Assembly: GCA_963731155.1 (NCBI GenBank)
Contig: CAVSVB010000009.1
Span: 46,828-110,827, forward strand
From: an uncultured Acidobacteriota bacterium
Lineage (GTDB): Bacteria > Acidobacteriota > Terriglobia > Acidiferrales > UBA7541
DNA: 64,000 bases
Reading direction: 5' to 3'
Shown here: positions 20,938-31,320 of the stretch, piece by piece
Layout: the number at the start of each line of letters is the position of its first letter
Numbering within the stretch: position 1 is the stretch's first letter
Notes under the pieces: generated by a model
Told to the model about the DNA's origin: nothing
Databases searched by the model: none
Seen by the model: only the letters and a program-made list of their open reading frames with translations
Translations under genes and position numbers: made by a program

Positions 20938-21594
20938 CTACTCCCGCTGGCTAGAATCCTGAATTACGGCTGTAACGATGTAGCGTCGCGGCGCACTACC
21001 TAGGTAGTAGAACGGAAAACAAGTCACTAATGTTAAAGTCGGGGTTGACGTGGGACTTAGAACGGATGTGTCCTCAGGTCTAACAATTTGTATTCGTTTG
21101 ACAATATACTGGTTCGTACTTCCTGCCCCCTCGAGTTCGACGATGTCTCCCAGCGCAATGTCTTTCAGGCCCCGAAAAAAACCATCCCGATGTCCCGCTA
21201 CGCCGACATTTCCTAATTGCCCAATCTGTTTCGTTCCCCGGATTCTCCCAACACCGCGATTCAACGTGAGCTCATCGGTATCATCGAACACCGGCACCTC
21301 AAGACTGATCCTCGGGACGCGAAGAATCGCTAGAGGCTGGTCTTTTTTCTGCACCAGGCTCGCTTCGTATGCCGCGATTCGATGGGTCGACCACAGCTTA
21401 AAGTCAACCTTCGATCTCAAGATTGGATCCGTAGTTGGGGACATGCCTCCCGCGGGCATGTCGGCTACTTGTGTTTTAAACCCCGCGATCGCCTCCCGGG
21501 ACGCCAGGGTTTGGTGCAGCCGCGCAACTCCCCAAAAAGTTAGGAGCGCGAGACCCATCGCGAAAACAATGCGCTCGACTCTTGGAATGTTCAT
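20938..21594 (-). CDS. Class D sortase
   Basis: N-terminal anchor; AGHRDGFF, LTLVTCFPFYY, APRRY (His/Cys/Arg triad); ORF track starts at 21645. Confidence 0.93.
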   Translation of the reverse strand: MNIPRVERIVFAMGLALLTFWGVARLHQTLASREAIAGFKTQVADMPAGGMSPTTDPILRSKVDFKLWSTHRIAAYEASLVQKKDQPLAILRVPRISLEVPVFDDTDELTLNRGVGRIRGTKQIGQLGNVGVAGHRDGFFRGLKDIALGDIVELEGAGSTNQYIVKRIQIVRPEDTSVLSPTSTPTLTLVTCFPFYYLGSAPRRYIVTAVIQDSSQRE

Positions 21595-21809
21595 ATCGTC
21601 GTCGGACCCGTCACCGCTCCTTAGGTTCTCATTGAACTCAACCACGAAGATTCGCTAAGGGACACCGCAGCTGCAGGGCAGCGGGCCTGCTTTGCACCAA
21701 GGCCGATTAGCGTCTTCTCAGCCGCTATAACCCAAACACAGACCGAATCGACTTACGGCAACCCTGCTACCTTGGTTCGCACGGTAGGGCCGGTGGCGAT
21801 TCCGGCAAA

Positions 21810-21825
21810 CTGTCAATACTGACAG
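21810..21825 (-). promoter_or_regulatory. Regulon box, perfect (CTGTCA-ATAC-TGACAG), for the sortase operon
   Basis: 12/12; TACCGT 23 nt downstream on the minus strand. Confidence 0.88.
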
Positions 21826-21911
21826 TCAGCGCAGGCTTGTGCGATCCGGAACTGGGACGCTTTTCTGATTTGCCAGATGGCAATATCAGATCCCCAAATT
21901 GCCGGCAGCCG

Positions 21912-21927
21912 CTGTTATTTTTGCCAG
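21912..21927 (+). promoter_or_regulatory. Regulon box for the DUF3300 operon (CTGTTA-TTTT-TGCCAG)
   Basis: 10/12; TATTAC 23 nt downstream on the plus strand. Confidence 0.7.
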
Positions 21928-21986
21928 TGTCCCAAGCGGGGCGGTGCGGCTATTACGGGAGTGGCGGTGAAGCTAAGAGGTGAAAA

Positions 21987-23273
21987 ATGAAATTCCGCAC
22001 CGTGTCAAGTCGACTGACCGCGGTGCTGTGCACGATTGCGCTGGCACCTGGCAGCGTGCCGGCCATGCCAGCAGAACCGGTTTCGCAGGAAGCGAGCGCG
22101 CCCGCCCAGGCAGCACCGAAAATCCCGAATGATCAACTGGATGCTTTGGTTGCGCCGATCGCACTTTATCCCGATCCGCTGCTGGCACAAGTGCTGGCAG
22201 CTTCTACATATCCACTGGAGATCATGCAACTCCAACAATGGCTGGCGAAAAACAAAAACTTGAAGGACAAAGCGCTCACTGACGCCGTGGCTAAGCAGCC
22301 TTGGGACTCGAGTGTCCAGGCCATGGCTACTCTTCCGGATCTCGTCAAGCGTCTGGCAGATGACATTCAGTGGGCGACAGATCTCGGCAACGCCTTCTTG
22401 GCACAACAATCCGACGTGATGGATGCAGTCCAACGCATGCGCGCAAAAGCAAAAGATACGGGTAATCTAAAATCCAATGAGCAGATGAAAGTGGAGACAA
22501 AAGTTGTAGAGAACAAGTCCGTCGTCGTCATCCAGCAGTCCAGCCCAGAGGTAGTCTACGTTCCTAGCTATAACCCGACGGTGGTGTACGGTCCTCCTGT
22601 CTATCCTTATCCACCGGTCGCCTACCCGCCGCCCGGCTACTACGCGGCGGGCATGGCGATTTCGTTTGGGGTCGGAGTGGCCATGGGAGCGGCCTGGGGT
22701 GGCGGCTGGGGGAACTGCGGCTGGGGCGGCAATAACGACATCACCATAAACAACAATAATAATTACAACCGGAATACAAACGTCAACGGCGGGAATCGCA
22801 ATACCAGCGTTGGCAGCGGGAATCGTGGCGGCAATTCTAGTTGGAACCACAGTCCCCAACATCGCGGAGGGGCTCCTTACGCGAATAAGGCGACAGCAAA
22901 CAAGTACGGCGGTACGGCTCGCGGAGATTCTCCGGGCAATCGCCAGGCAGATGCCCGCCAGCGACAACAGTCTGGCGCAAGCAACCGCTCATCTGGTGGC
23001 GCCGGTGATCGCGGCGGCACCATGGACGCGAACCGAGGCGCTGGCGGAGATCGCGGCGGCAACCGCGCAAGTGCGGGCAGCATGGATTCAAACAGGGGCG
23101 GAGGCGGTGATCGCATCGGAGATCGAAGCGTATCTTCGGGTTCGAGTAGTGGAGGGAAGGGTGGCGCCTTTGGCGGTTCTTCCGGTGGTGCAAGCAGCGC
23201 CCGCGCCAGCAGTTCGCGGGGTGCCTCAAGCATGGGAGGTTCCCGTGGCGGCGGTGGTGGGAGACGGAGGTAA
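21987..23273 (+). CDS. DUF3300 domain protein with Gly/Arg/Asn-rich tail
   Basis: LVAPIALYPDPLLAQVLAASTYP, VYVPSYNP, low-complexity C-terminus. Confidence 0.92.
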   Translation: MKFRTVSSRLTAVLCTIALAPGSVPAMPAEPVSQEASAPAQAAPKIPNDQLDALVAPIALYPDPLLAQVLAASTYPLEIMQLQQWLAKNKNLKDKALTDAVAKQPWDSSVQAMATLPDLVKRLADDIQWATDLGNAFLAQQSDVMDAVQRMRAKAKDTGNLKSNEQMKVETKVVENKSVVVIQQSSPEVVYVPSYNPTVVYGPPVYPYPPVAYPPPGYYAAGMAISFGVGVAMGAAWGGGWGNCGWGGNNDITINNNNNYNRNTNVNGGNRNTSVGSGNRGGNSSWNHSPQHRGGAPYANKATANKYGGTARGDSPGNRQADARQRQQSGASNRSSGGAGDRGGTMDANRGAGGDRGGNRASAGSMDSNRGGGGDRIGDRSVSSGSSSGGKGGAFGGSSGGASSARASSSRGASSMGGSRGGGGGRRR

Positions 23274-23298
23274 TCAATCCATGCACCAGGAAAATCTC

Positions 23299-24259
23299 AT
23301 GAAATCAAAGACGGCGACTGTTGTATGCAATACGCTCCGTGCCTTCTTGCGGGTTGCTTTATTTGGCGCTGTGGCAGTCTTAGGACAAGTATCGTCCGCG
23401 CCTCAGCAGGCAATCCAGAAAGGGTTCGCGACACCGAAACAAGCCGTGGACGCTTTGATTCAGGCGGCGGAAGGCTACGATTTATCCTCCTTAATGGAGA
23501 TTCTTGGTCCGGAATCCAAGAATATTTTGGCCTCAGAAGACCCGGTGCAGGATAAGAACAATGCCGCCGAGTTTGCCGCAAAAGCACGCCAGAAGAACAC
23601 GGTCACCGTAGACCCGAAGAATGCCAACTTCGCTACCCTCCTGGTTGGCGATGATGGTTGGCCTCTCCCCATCCCGCTCGTTCAGAAGGCAGGAAAGTGG
23701 CGCTTCGACACCAAAGCCGGCAAGGAAGAAATCTTGCGTCGGCGCATTGGTTCCAATGAGCTGGACGCCATCCGAGATTTGTCGCGGTTACGTGGACGCC
23801 CAACACGAATACGCGATGGAGAAACATGACGACGCCAAAGTTAATCAGTACGCGCAACGCATCATCAGTTCACCCGGAAAGCACGACGGACTTGTCTGGC
23901 GGAACCCGGATGAAAGCTTGGGAGGACCCGTCGCAGAAGGAATAGCCAAGGCACTAGAGCAGGGCTACACGGACAAGAGTCAGCCGTATCATGGTTACTA
24001 CTTCAAAATCTTGAAAGGACAGGGAGCTGCGGCACCGTTGGGCAAGATGGACTTTGTCGTTGAGGGAGCAATGATCGGAGGATTTGCTCTCGCCGCGGCA
24101 CCTGCGGAATATCGCGTCACAGGCGTGCAGACTTTTGTCGTTAGTCATGACGGCGTCGTATACCAAAAGGACCTGGGCCCCGAAACCCTCAAACAGTTCC
24201 GCGAGATGGAGCTTTACAACCCGGACAAAACGTGGCGCCCGACCACTGACAACTGGTGA
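23299..24259 (+). pseudogene. DUF2950 family protein with +1 frameshift
   Basis: WPLPIPLV...RRIGSNELDAI then an extra C at ~23773; resumes as EICRGYVDAQ...PYHGYYFKIL...YNPDKTW. Confidence 0.85.
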
Positions 24260-24307
24260 GCCCGTTTTTGCTGATGTTTGCGCTGAAAATCCAACTAGTT
24301 AAAGGAG

Positions 24308-24901
24308 ATGTCAGTAATGAAAAAGCTAGCGTTTCTTGCACCCGTTTTGCTTGCGTTAGTCTTGCTTATGTTTGGTGTCGTTGGAGTTGTCGTGGCCCAA
24401 GACGTTCGCTACGATTTCGACAAGAACAAGGATTTCTCCAAATATAAAACCTACAAGTGGGTACCGATTAAGGGAGCCGACCAACCGGACGAACTGACGG
24501 GCAAGAAGTTGACGGCCGCAGTGGACGCCGAACTTGCCACGAAAGGGTTGACCAAGACAGACAGCGACTCCGCTGACCTCTACCTTGGCTATCAGACTGC
24601 CATTGGCACGGAGAAGCAGTTCACCTCGTACAACACGGGCTGGGGTTACGGTCCGGGTTGGGGCGGTGGGTGGTATGGCAGCGGTGGAATGTCCACCAAC
24701 ACGACATATGGCTCGACGTCCACGGTTTATATCGGCCAACTGGACCTGAGCATGTACGACCCTGTCGAGAAGCAACTGATATGGCGGGGCAATGCGTCCA
24801 AAACACTGGACCCCAAAGCCAAGCCAGAAAAGAAAGAAAAGAACATCGCCAAGACTGTCAAGAAACTACTGAAGAACTTTCCGCCGACGCCGAAAAATTA
24901 G
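24308..24901 (+). CDS. DUF4136 domain protein
   Basis: DFSKYKTYKW, Gly/Tyr/Trp-rich loop, LIWRG, KNFPP. Confidence 0.9.
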   Translation: MSVMKKLAFLAPVLLALVLLMFGVVGVVVAQDVRYDFDKNKDFSKYKTYKWVPIKGADQPDELTGKKLTAAVDAELATKGLTKTDSDSADLYLGYQTAIGTEKQFTSYNTGWGYGPGWGGGWYGSGGMSTNTTYGSTSTVYIGQLDLSMYDPVEKQLIWRGNASKTLDPKAKPEKKEKNIAKTVKKLLKNFPPTPKN

Positions 24902-25333
24902 CTTCGCCTTTCGGCCCTGATCTAGTGCGGCAGCTCACATTCCTCTTCCAGGATGCTCGCCCCGGGTGCAATGGAAGAGAGTTACCAACTCGGCGACGAC
25001 AAGACGGGCGGAAGGGCAAGCGGAGGATCTTCGTGTTGTAGTGCGTGTTCTTCAGAACCAGGCCATCGTCGGAATATCAGAGGAATTTCTCGTTGGTCCA
25101 GAATCTCTAAGGCAGGGCAATAACTGCAACTTGAGTAGCGATCAACTGGTGATTTTCGTTTCCGTTCACCCGAGCGCGTACGGGACCCTCCTCTCGCCAA
25201 ATCAAGTGGCGAAGGTGTCCAGTTTCGGGGCTCAATCAAAGTTGGCAAGTTCGAGCGAATGCCGGTAAGACACCTGAGATGGGGAAGCTTCGTATAAACG
25301 GGGGCGTTGTCTTGTGACCCGTTGCCAGTGGGA

Positions 25334-25747
25334 TTAGCGGCGGCGGCTGCCCGTGCCATCGTCAAAAAATTGCCGGCCGTGAAGAACCGCTTCTACCGCC
25401 GTTAGCAAATCAGTTTCTGCCGCTATTTTGAAGACGTAGCCGGACGCCCCGAGGCTCTTTGCTTCTTGTATCACCTCAGGAGAGGACTCTTGGGTCAGAA
25501 AGATGATCTTCGCATTGGGAACCAGTGTGCGGATTTGTCGCGCAGCTTCGATTCCGTTAATCCCGGGAAGGCCGATATCCATCAAGATCAAATCCGGTTG
25601 CAGCTCTTGCGCCTTCTCCACTGCTTGCAAGCCGTCTGACACCCCACCGACCACCTGCAAGTCCGGCCGCCCATGGAGCAAGGAAGAGACGAACTTACGG
25701 TACGGCTCAAAATCATCCACGGCGAGGATCCGTGTAGTTCTGCGCAA
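25334..25747 (-). CDS. Single-domain (REC-only) response regulator
   Basis: RILAVDDF, MDIGLP, GYVFK. Confidence 0.9.
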   Translation of the reverse strand: MRRTTRILAVDDFEPYRKFVSSLLHGRPDLQVVGGVSDGLQAVEKAQELQPDLILMDIGLPGINGIEAARQIRTLVPNAKIIFLTQESSPEVIQEAKSLGASGYVFKIAAETDLLTAVEAVLHGRQFFDDGTGSRRR

Positions 25748-25934
25748 AGAATCGGGTTCGTTGGTAATAGGTCTCCTGGTGTGCGCGCGGGGGGTGTGAA
25801 TATCGCGCGATACATTTTCGCCGATGTCGGGGATTTACCTCGGTTCCACGGGACTTGGAACGCTCAACAACGCTTGTGAAAAGTATGCTGGTTTCTACGA
25901 CAAGAATCAAGAGCGCCGCCGCGGCCGGTATCTA

Positions 25935-26196
25935 ATTACTAATCGGAGCATAATATAGGTGACATTTTTGCCCCCTACAGCCCAGAGCTGAACCCGGATG
26001 AACTGCTGAACCAAGATGTGAAGACGAACGTACTGGCGTGTTCGTCCCGTGAACGTCCATGAAATGATGGACAACGTTCGCTCTTACCTTCGGATCACAC
26101 AGGCTAAGCCCAGGTTGATGAAGAACTATTTTCGCGAACGCCACGTCCAGTACGCTGCCCATTGATAAATGTCACATATTTAGTGCTCGGAGTAAT
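25935..26196 (+). mobile_element. Miniature IS630-family derivative (both TIRs plus transposase 3' end)
   Basis: YSPELNPDELLNQDVK motif; imperfect IRs ATTACTaatCGGAGCATAATATAGGTGACATTT (25935..25967) and AAATGTCACATATTTAGTGCTCGGAGTAAT (26167..26196); TA at the left flank. Confidence 0.8.
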
Positions 26197-26420
26197 GGTT
26201 CAATGTTCAAGAGAAGAGGCCCTCCGGCCAAGGTTGCTGCGTCGCTATCCACGATCGAGAGCGGAAGGCGCACGAACGGTTGAACGCCTGGGCGCGCCGA
26301 CGATTGGGAAAGAACATTGGAGATTTCCGAAGCCACTCTTCAAAGTTCGGCTATCGGGAGACTCGATTCCCAGCCGGCTGTGATTTCGTAATTCTTAATT
26401 ATTGTTGATCGCGAGGTTTT

Positions 26421-27078
26421 TTGACCAAGATGAACGTTGCAGCCGCTCTGCTACTGAGCGGGCTTCTTTTCGCCGCCGAGGCGTTCGCTCAGAATAACGC
26501 AGCTAACCTCATGCATCTCGTGGCCGCATACGCGGGCGGACCATCCGTCTCTCGCCCGCAGGATGCTGGGGCCATCCCTGTTTTCGAGATCACCCCGGCG
26601 GAAAGCAAGATCAAGTTCGATGTGGAGGCGTCCGTGTCTATCGTGGGTACCTTTGACAAGTGGGACGCCGCTCTGACATTTACGTCGCCTGACGTCTCGA
26701 CTGGCGTTCTGGTTCCTTAAGATTCAGGCAGACAGCGTGGGTACCGGGAGCGGCATGAAGAATGGGAAGCTGAAAGGGAAGAATCTCCTCAACGTGAAGG
26801 AGAATCCGGTGATTACCTTTAAGTCAACAAAGATTGAACAAACCGGACCCGAGATATTTTCTGTCGATGGCGACTTCACGATTCGCGGCGTGACCCGGCG
26901 CGAAAAACTGAACCTGACTGTTTCCGGCAAAGGGACTGGCTCAGGCACGATTGCCGGGACCATGGCCTTCGACCGCAAGAAATATGGAATGAACAGCGGG
27001 ATTCCGTTCATCAGGATCGCCGACCGCGTCACAGTGTCGCAGGGGAGAACGCATCAGCGGGCCTCCACTCGCCCTTAA
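26421..27078 (+). pseudogene. YceI-family lipid/polyisoprenoid-binding protein, frameshifted
   Basis: SKIKF...GTFDKW; extra base at ~26715, then KIQADSV.TG...ITFKST...GDFTIRGVT...FDRKKYGM; C-terminus degenerate. Confidence 0.82.
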
Positions 27079-27160
27079 GCAGTAACTAATCCAGTTTGGG
27101 ATTGCCTCCGCATTTCATTCGTCAAAGAACTCGATTGCCTTCCGCACTCCACTGAAGCGT

Positions 27161-27176
27161 CTGTCACAAGTGACAG
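27161..27176 (+). promoter_or_regulatory. Regulon box, perfect (CTGTCA-CAAG-TGACAG), upstream of the DcaP-like porin
   Basis: 12/12; CAACCT 23 nt downstream. Confidence 0.88.
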
Positions 27177-27372
27177 TAGTTCGCGATTGGCGTTCCCAGC
27201 AACCTGATGCGAGCCAGATAGCATACCCGGCTGAGCGATACGGGTCGGCAGCGCAAATCTGCGTGGACGACCACTGTTGGACGAGCTTATCGGCTTGTGC
27301 CGTTGAAGCGGAAAGACTTTCACTAGCTTCACCGATGCCTTTCCAAGCCGTGATACCACAAGGAGAATTTCC

Positions 27373-28857
27373 ATGAGTTATCGCCAAGGGTCTTTATTCG
27401 TTGCCGCTGTTCTGCTATCAGCTCTTATACCCTGCCGCGTTGCAGCCCAGTCGGATAGCTCCAGTCAAGCGGTAGACCAGTTAAGCAAGCGCCTGGATGA
27501 ACTGCGCGCAGAAATGAACAAGATAGAGGCTCAGCTCGGCGAACTTAAAGCGGTGAAGGCCACACCAGCAACAAACGCCGCCGTGGCACCCTCCGCCGCT
27601 GCCGCCTCCAGCCAGGAAGGAACGATTCAGGCCACTGTGCCACCCGCCCAAGGTACGGCCTCCAAGCAAGTGGGTGAAGCCACGGCCACCTATAACGTAT
27701 TCTCCGAGGACACTCTCGCCGCAGCCCGTTACAACAACGTCCCGCTGGATCCCAAGTATCACGGATTCTTTCTGCTGCCCGGCACACAAACACTTCTCAA
27801 AATTGGCGGCTATTTCAAGACAGACTTCATCAACGATTTGAAACCCGCAGGGAACACCGAATCGTTCATACCGTCTTCGTTCCCCGTACCCCAAGCAACC
27901 AGTGTGAACAACGCAACCGTTTCCATACGACCCACGCGTCTGAGCCTCGATTTCAGGGTCCCCAGCACCAGACTCGGAGAGGTGCGCTTCTACCTGGAGG
28001 GCGACCTGTTTGGAACCAACTCGACCACACCGCGCTTGCGTCACGCCTACGCACAGGTCCGAAATTTCTTAATCGGCCAGACGTTCTCGAACTTTATGGA
28101 CCCCGACGCGTTCCCGGACACCTTGGACTTCCAGGGACCCAACGGCATGGTCAGCCTTCGCAATCCACAATTGCGCTATGGTTTCGCTTTGAGTTCGAGC
28201 ACGACTTTGTATCTTTCGCTCGAAAAGCCAAGCTCCGACGTTACATTCAAGACGCCAGAATTCTCCGCCCAGAGCAACTCGCCGACTCGAGATGGAGCGA
28301 TTCGCCTGCGCCAGGAATTTGAGCGTGGACACTTCCAGGTTGCGGCAATCTTTCGCGATATTGCCGTGTCTCTCCCCGATGGAAGAAATGATTCCGTGTT
28401 TGGTTGGGGCGTAAACACCTCACTCGGAGTAAAGACGTTTGGTAAGGACAACGCCATCTTGGCCGTGGCGGCAGGGCACGGGATTTCGCGCTATCTCCAG
28501 GACACTTCAGGACTGGGCATCGACGCCGAAGTGGCCTCAGGTGCCAGCAATCACTTGGAAGCCACTCCGGCGGTGGGAGTCGAGGCATCCTATCAGCATT
28601 ATTGGCGAAAAACACTGCGGTCCAGCGCATTCTACTCCTACGCCGCGGTGAACAACACCGATCTCGCTGCGATTACCTCGTATAACCACGCAACTTACAG
28701 CGGTGCCAACCTGATTTGGAATCCTTATGGCTCGTTCAACGTCGGTGCTGAGTTCCTCTACGGTTGGGTCATGGATCAAAACGGGTTAAAGGCAAATGCA
28801 CCTCGCATTCAGTTCAGCGCCAAGTACAGTTTCGTGAAAGTGGATCCGGACCGTTAG
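27373..28857 (+). CDS. DcaP-family trimeric outer-membrane porin
   Basis: Signal peptide, coiled coil, LKIGGYFKTD, RLRHAY, GQTFSNFMD, RNPQLRY, RIQFSAKYSF. Confidence 0.88.
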   Translation: MSYRQGSLFVAAVLLSALIPCRVAAQSDSSSQAVDQLSKRLDELRAEMNKIEAQLGELKAVKATPATNAAVAPSAAAASSQEGTIQATVPPAQGTASKQVGEATATYNVFSEDTLAAARYNNVPLDPKYHGFFLLPGTQTLLKIGGYFKTDFINDLKPAGNTESFIPSSFPVPQATSVNNATVSIRPTRLSLDFRVPSTRLGEVRFYLEGDLFGTNSTTPRLRHAYAQVRNFLIGQTFSNFMDPDAFPDTLDFQGPNGMVSLRNPQLRYGFALSSSTTLYLSLEKPSSDVTFKTPEFSAQSNSPTRDGAIRLRQEFERGHFQVAAIFRDIAVSLPDGRNDSVFGWGVNTSLGVKTFGKDNAILAVAAGHGISRYLQDTSGLGIDAEVASGASNHLEATPAVGVEASYQHYWRKTLRSSAFYSYAAVNNTDLAAITSYNHATYSGANLIWNPYGSFNVGAEFLYGWVMDQNGLKANAPRIQFSAKYSFVKVDPDR

Positions 28858-28938
28858 TATCGACCCCAAGGCACAGGTGGTGGTATCCGCGCCGATGATA
28901 GTCCAATAAGCGGTTTTATGACTAAGGAGTGGCAGTCG

Positions 28939-29237
28939 ATGGCGAAGAACGAAGCAGGCGATGACAGCGGACGCCCGAAACTTAAGAAATACGAAAAAGA
29001 ACTTCGTCGTCTCCAGGCAGAGCTATGCGAACTTCAGAACTGGGTCAAGTACAAAGGTCTTCGCGTCATCATCTCTTTGAAGGACGCGATGCCGCCGGAA
29101 GGGGCGGCACAATCCGCGCGGTTACCGAGCGAGTGAGTCCACGCGTATTTCGCCTGGTTGCACTGCCTGCGCCGTCCGATGGTGAAAAAACGCAGATGTA
29201 TCTCCAGCGTTATATGCATGGGGAGGTCGTAATTTTT
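28939..29237 (+). pseudogene. ppk2: Polyphosphate kinase 2 N-terminal remnant
   Basis: YEKELRRLQAELC.LQNWVK..GLRVII, frameshift, FEGRDAAGRGGTIRAVTERVSPRVFRLVALPAPS..EKTQMYLQRY...GEVVIF, then truncated. Confidence 0.85.
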
Positions 29238-29343
29238 GTCGGGAACGGGGCCGGCATTTGGATTGTCAACAGGCCTGTTGTTAAAAAGGAGGCAGTCTGC
29301 ATTGCGGAGGACATTTCCCGGCCCGAGTGGAACGTGCAAGAAG

Positions 29344-30270
29344 ATGCGGCGCATCATCTTGCTACTCTGCCTTTTTTGCGCTCGACGGGTAGCTGCGCAA
29401 GACCTTGCCCCACGCGCTTATGTCATTACCCCTCTTCACTCCAACGCGGTCACTTTGACCTATTCCTTTTTCGACGGGAGCCTCATTCTTGACGGAGAAG
29501 CGCCGATCACGGGTGCTTCCGCTCGCGTAAATATTTCTATATTTAGCGCTTACCACTCGTTTAATCTCTTCGGCCGCACCGCTAATTTCCTGGTGTCATT
29601 GCCCTACGGGAACGGAAATTTCCATGGGACAGTCCTTGGCGCGGAGACACTAGCATATCGTTCTGGACTTCTGCCTGCAGCATTTCGGTTTTCTGTGAAC
29701 TTGATAGGTGGTCCATCGATGAACGTTGACGAGTTCCGCAAATGGCGGCAGAAAACCATTCTCGGTGCCAGCTTCAAACTGGTACCTGCGACGGGTCAAT
29801 ATGACCCCACGAAACTGATTAATTTCGGATCTAACCGCTGGGCCTTTAAACCCGAAGTTGGGTACTCCCGGCGCTGGGGTCACTGGATTGTTGATGCCTA
29901 CGCAGGAGCATGGTTCTTTACTACGAATCCCGAATTCTTCTCCCGCAACCAGTACTCACCCGGGATCAACACGCAGTCGGAGAGTCCCACTGGCTCCTTC
30001 GAAGGCCATCTCAGTTACGATTTCAAGCCGCGGTTGTGGGTCTCTTTGGATGGCAATTATTGGTTCGGTGGCGCCACCAGCGTGAATGGTGTATCAAACC
30101 CAGGCACGGTGCAGGGGAATTCTCGCGTAGGTTTCACTGCTTCTATTCCTGTGAGCAAGCGTCAGTCCCTGAAGCTCAGTTATAGTGACGGCGCGTATAT
30201 CCGGTACGGCGGGAACTATCGCAACATCTCTGTCGCCTGGCAATATTCGTGGTTTGGCAGGCCAAACTAG
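29344..30270 (+). CDS. Outer-membrane transporter (MetA-pathway / Phenol_MetA_deg-like barrel)
   Basis: Signal peptide, QDLAPRAY, PATGQYD..KLINFGSNRW, terminal WQYSWF (ORF track starts at 29236). Confidence 0.82.
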   Translation: MRRIILLLCLFCARRVAAQDLAPRAYVITPLHSNAVTLTYSFFDGSLILDGEAPITGASARVNISIFSAYHSFNLFGRTANFLVSLPYGNGNFHGTVLGAETLAYRSGLLPAAFRFSVNLIGGPSMNVDEFRKWRQKTILGASFKLVPATGQYDPTKLINFGSNRWAFKPEVGYSRRWGHWIVDAYAGAWFFTTNPEFFSRNQYSPGINTQSESPTGSFEGHLSYDFKPRLWVSLDGNYWFGGATSVNGVSNPGTVQGNSRVGFTASIPVSKRQSLKLSYSDGAYIRYGGNYRNISVAWQYSWFGRPN

Positions 30271-30583
30271 CCCTCACCGGAGGAAAACTGATTAGCTCAG
30301 CTTGCCTTGATGCTGCAATAACGCGTCGATACACGCGGGCTTCTCTCCTGGGAGCGCAGGAGGTTGCGGAAGATTTCGGCAAACTTTTTCTCAACGGGGT
30401 CACAGGCTGGTTTGTCTTTCCACGTAGTGCGAAGGATCGGGCGCCTGTTTGAGAGGGTAGTGCCTCTTTTGAAAAACTAGCGCCTACCGTACGAACTCTG
30501 CCTCTACCAAGCCTGTCATTTTCTGCTTGAAATCCCCAGACTATGTGTACGATCATCATCTCAGAGTTCTCGGGGAGTTTCGC

Positions 30584-31276
30584 ATGCCGTCCGCTCGTTT
30601 GTTGCGAAAACCGCAGTTTCGCTCTTCTAAGTCCACCAAGATTTTCGACCCTCAGGAATTCCTAGCCAACGCCGGCATCGGAAGGACTATTCGCCGATAC
30701 GGCCCGAAGCAAACTATATTTTCGCAAGGAAAGCCCGCCGACACTGTGTATTACATACAGGAAGGGAGAGTGCAGCTCAGCGTGGTCTCCAGACAAGGCA
30801 AGGAGGCAACCATCGCGATGATGGGCCCCAGCGATTTCCTGGGCGAAGGATGCATCGCCTCCAATCAACCAGTCCGCATGGCAACGGCGACTACAACTAC
30901 GGCTTGCTCCGTCCTCGAGATTGAAAAGAAAGAGATGTTACGCACGCTTCACAAAGAACACAAGTTCTCCGACGTATTTGTCGCTTACCTGATTCAACGT
31001 CACAACCTGACTCAATCAGACTTGGTCGATCAACTTTTCAATTCGAGCGAAAAACGGCTGGCAAGGTCCCTTTTATTGCTGGCCCGCTTCGGGAAAAAGG
31101 ACAGGCCCGAGGAAATAATCCCAGACATAAGTCAGAATACGCTGGCGGAAATGATTGGGACAACCCGCTCACGAGTGAATTTTTTCATGAACAAATTCAG
31201 GAAGCTCGGATTCATTGACTATAACGATAGACTTCGCGTGCATTCTTCGCTTCTGAGCGTTGTTCTCCACGACTAG
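30584..31276 (+). CDS. Crp/Fnr-family transcriptional regulator
   Basis: IFSQG, DFLGEGC, SSEKRLAR, ISQNTLAEMIGTTRSRVNFFMNKFRKLGFI (ORF track starts at 30527). Confidence 0.93.
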   Translation: MPSARLLRKPQFRSSKSTKIFDPQEFLANAGIGRTIRRYGPKQTIFSQGKPADTVYYIQEGRVQLSVVSRQGKEATIAMMGPSDFLGEGCIASNQPVRMATATTTTACSVLEIEKKEMLRTLHKEHKFSDVFVAYLIQRHNLTQSDLVDQLFNSSEKRLARSLLLLARFGKKDRPEEIIPDISQNTLAEMIGTTRSRVNFFMNKFRKLGFIDYNDRLRVHSSLLSVVLHD

Positions 31277-31320
31277 CTCAAAGTCAGCCTGTCCAACAAC
31301 AAATCATCGCTCACCGCTAG

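Noticed and set aside
22810-23298. Long N-terminus of ORF 22810..23829
   Set aside because: Alternate frame of the DUF3300 low-complexity tail; DUF2950 starts at ~23299
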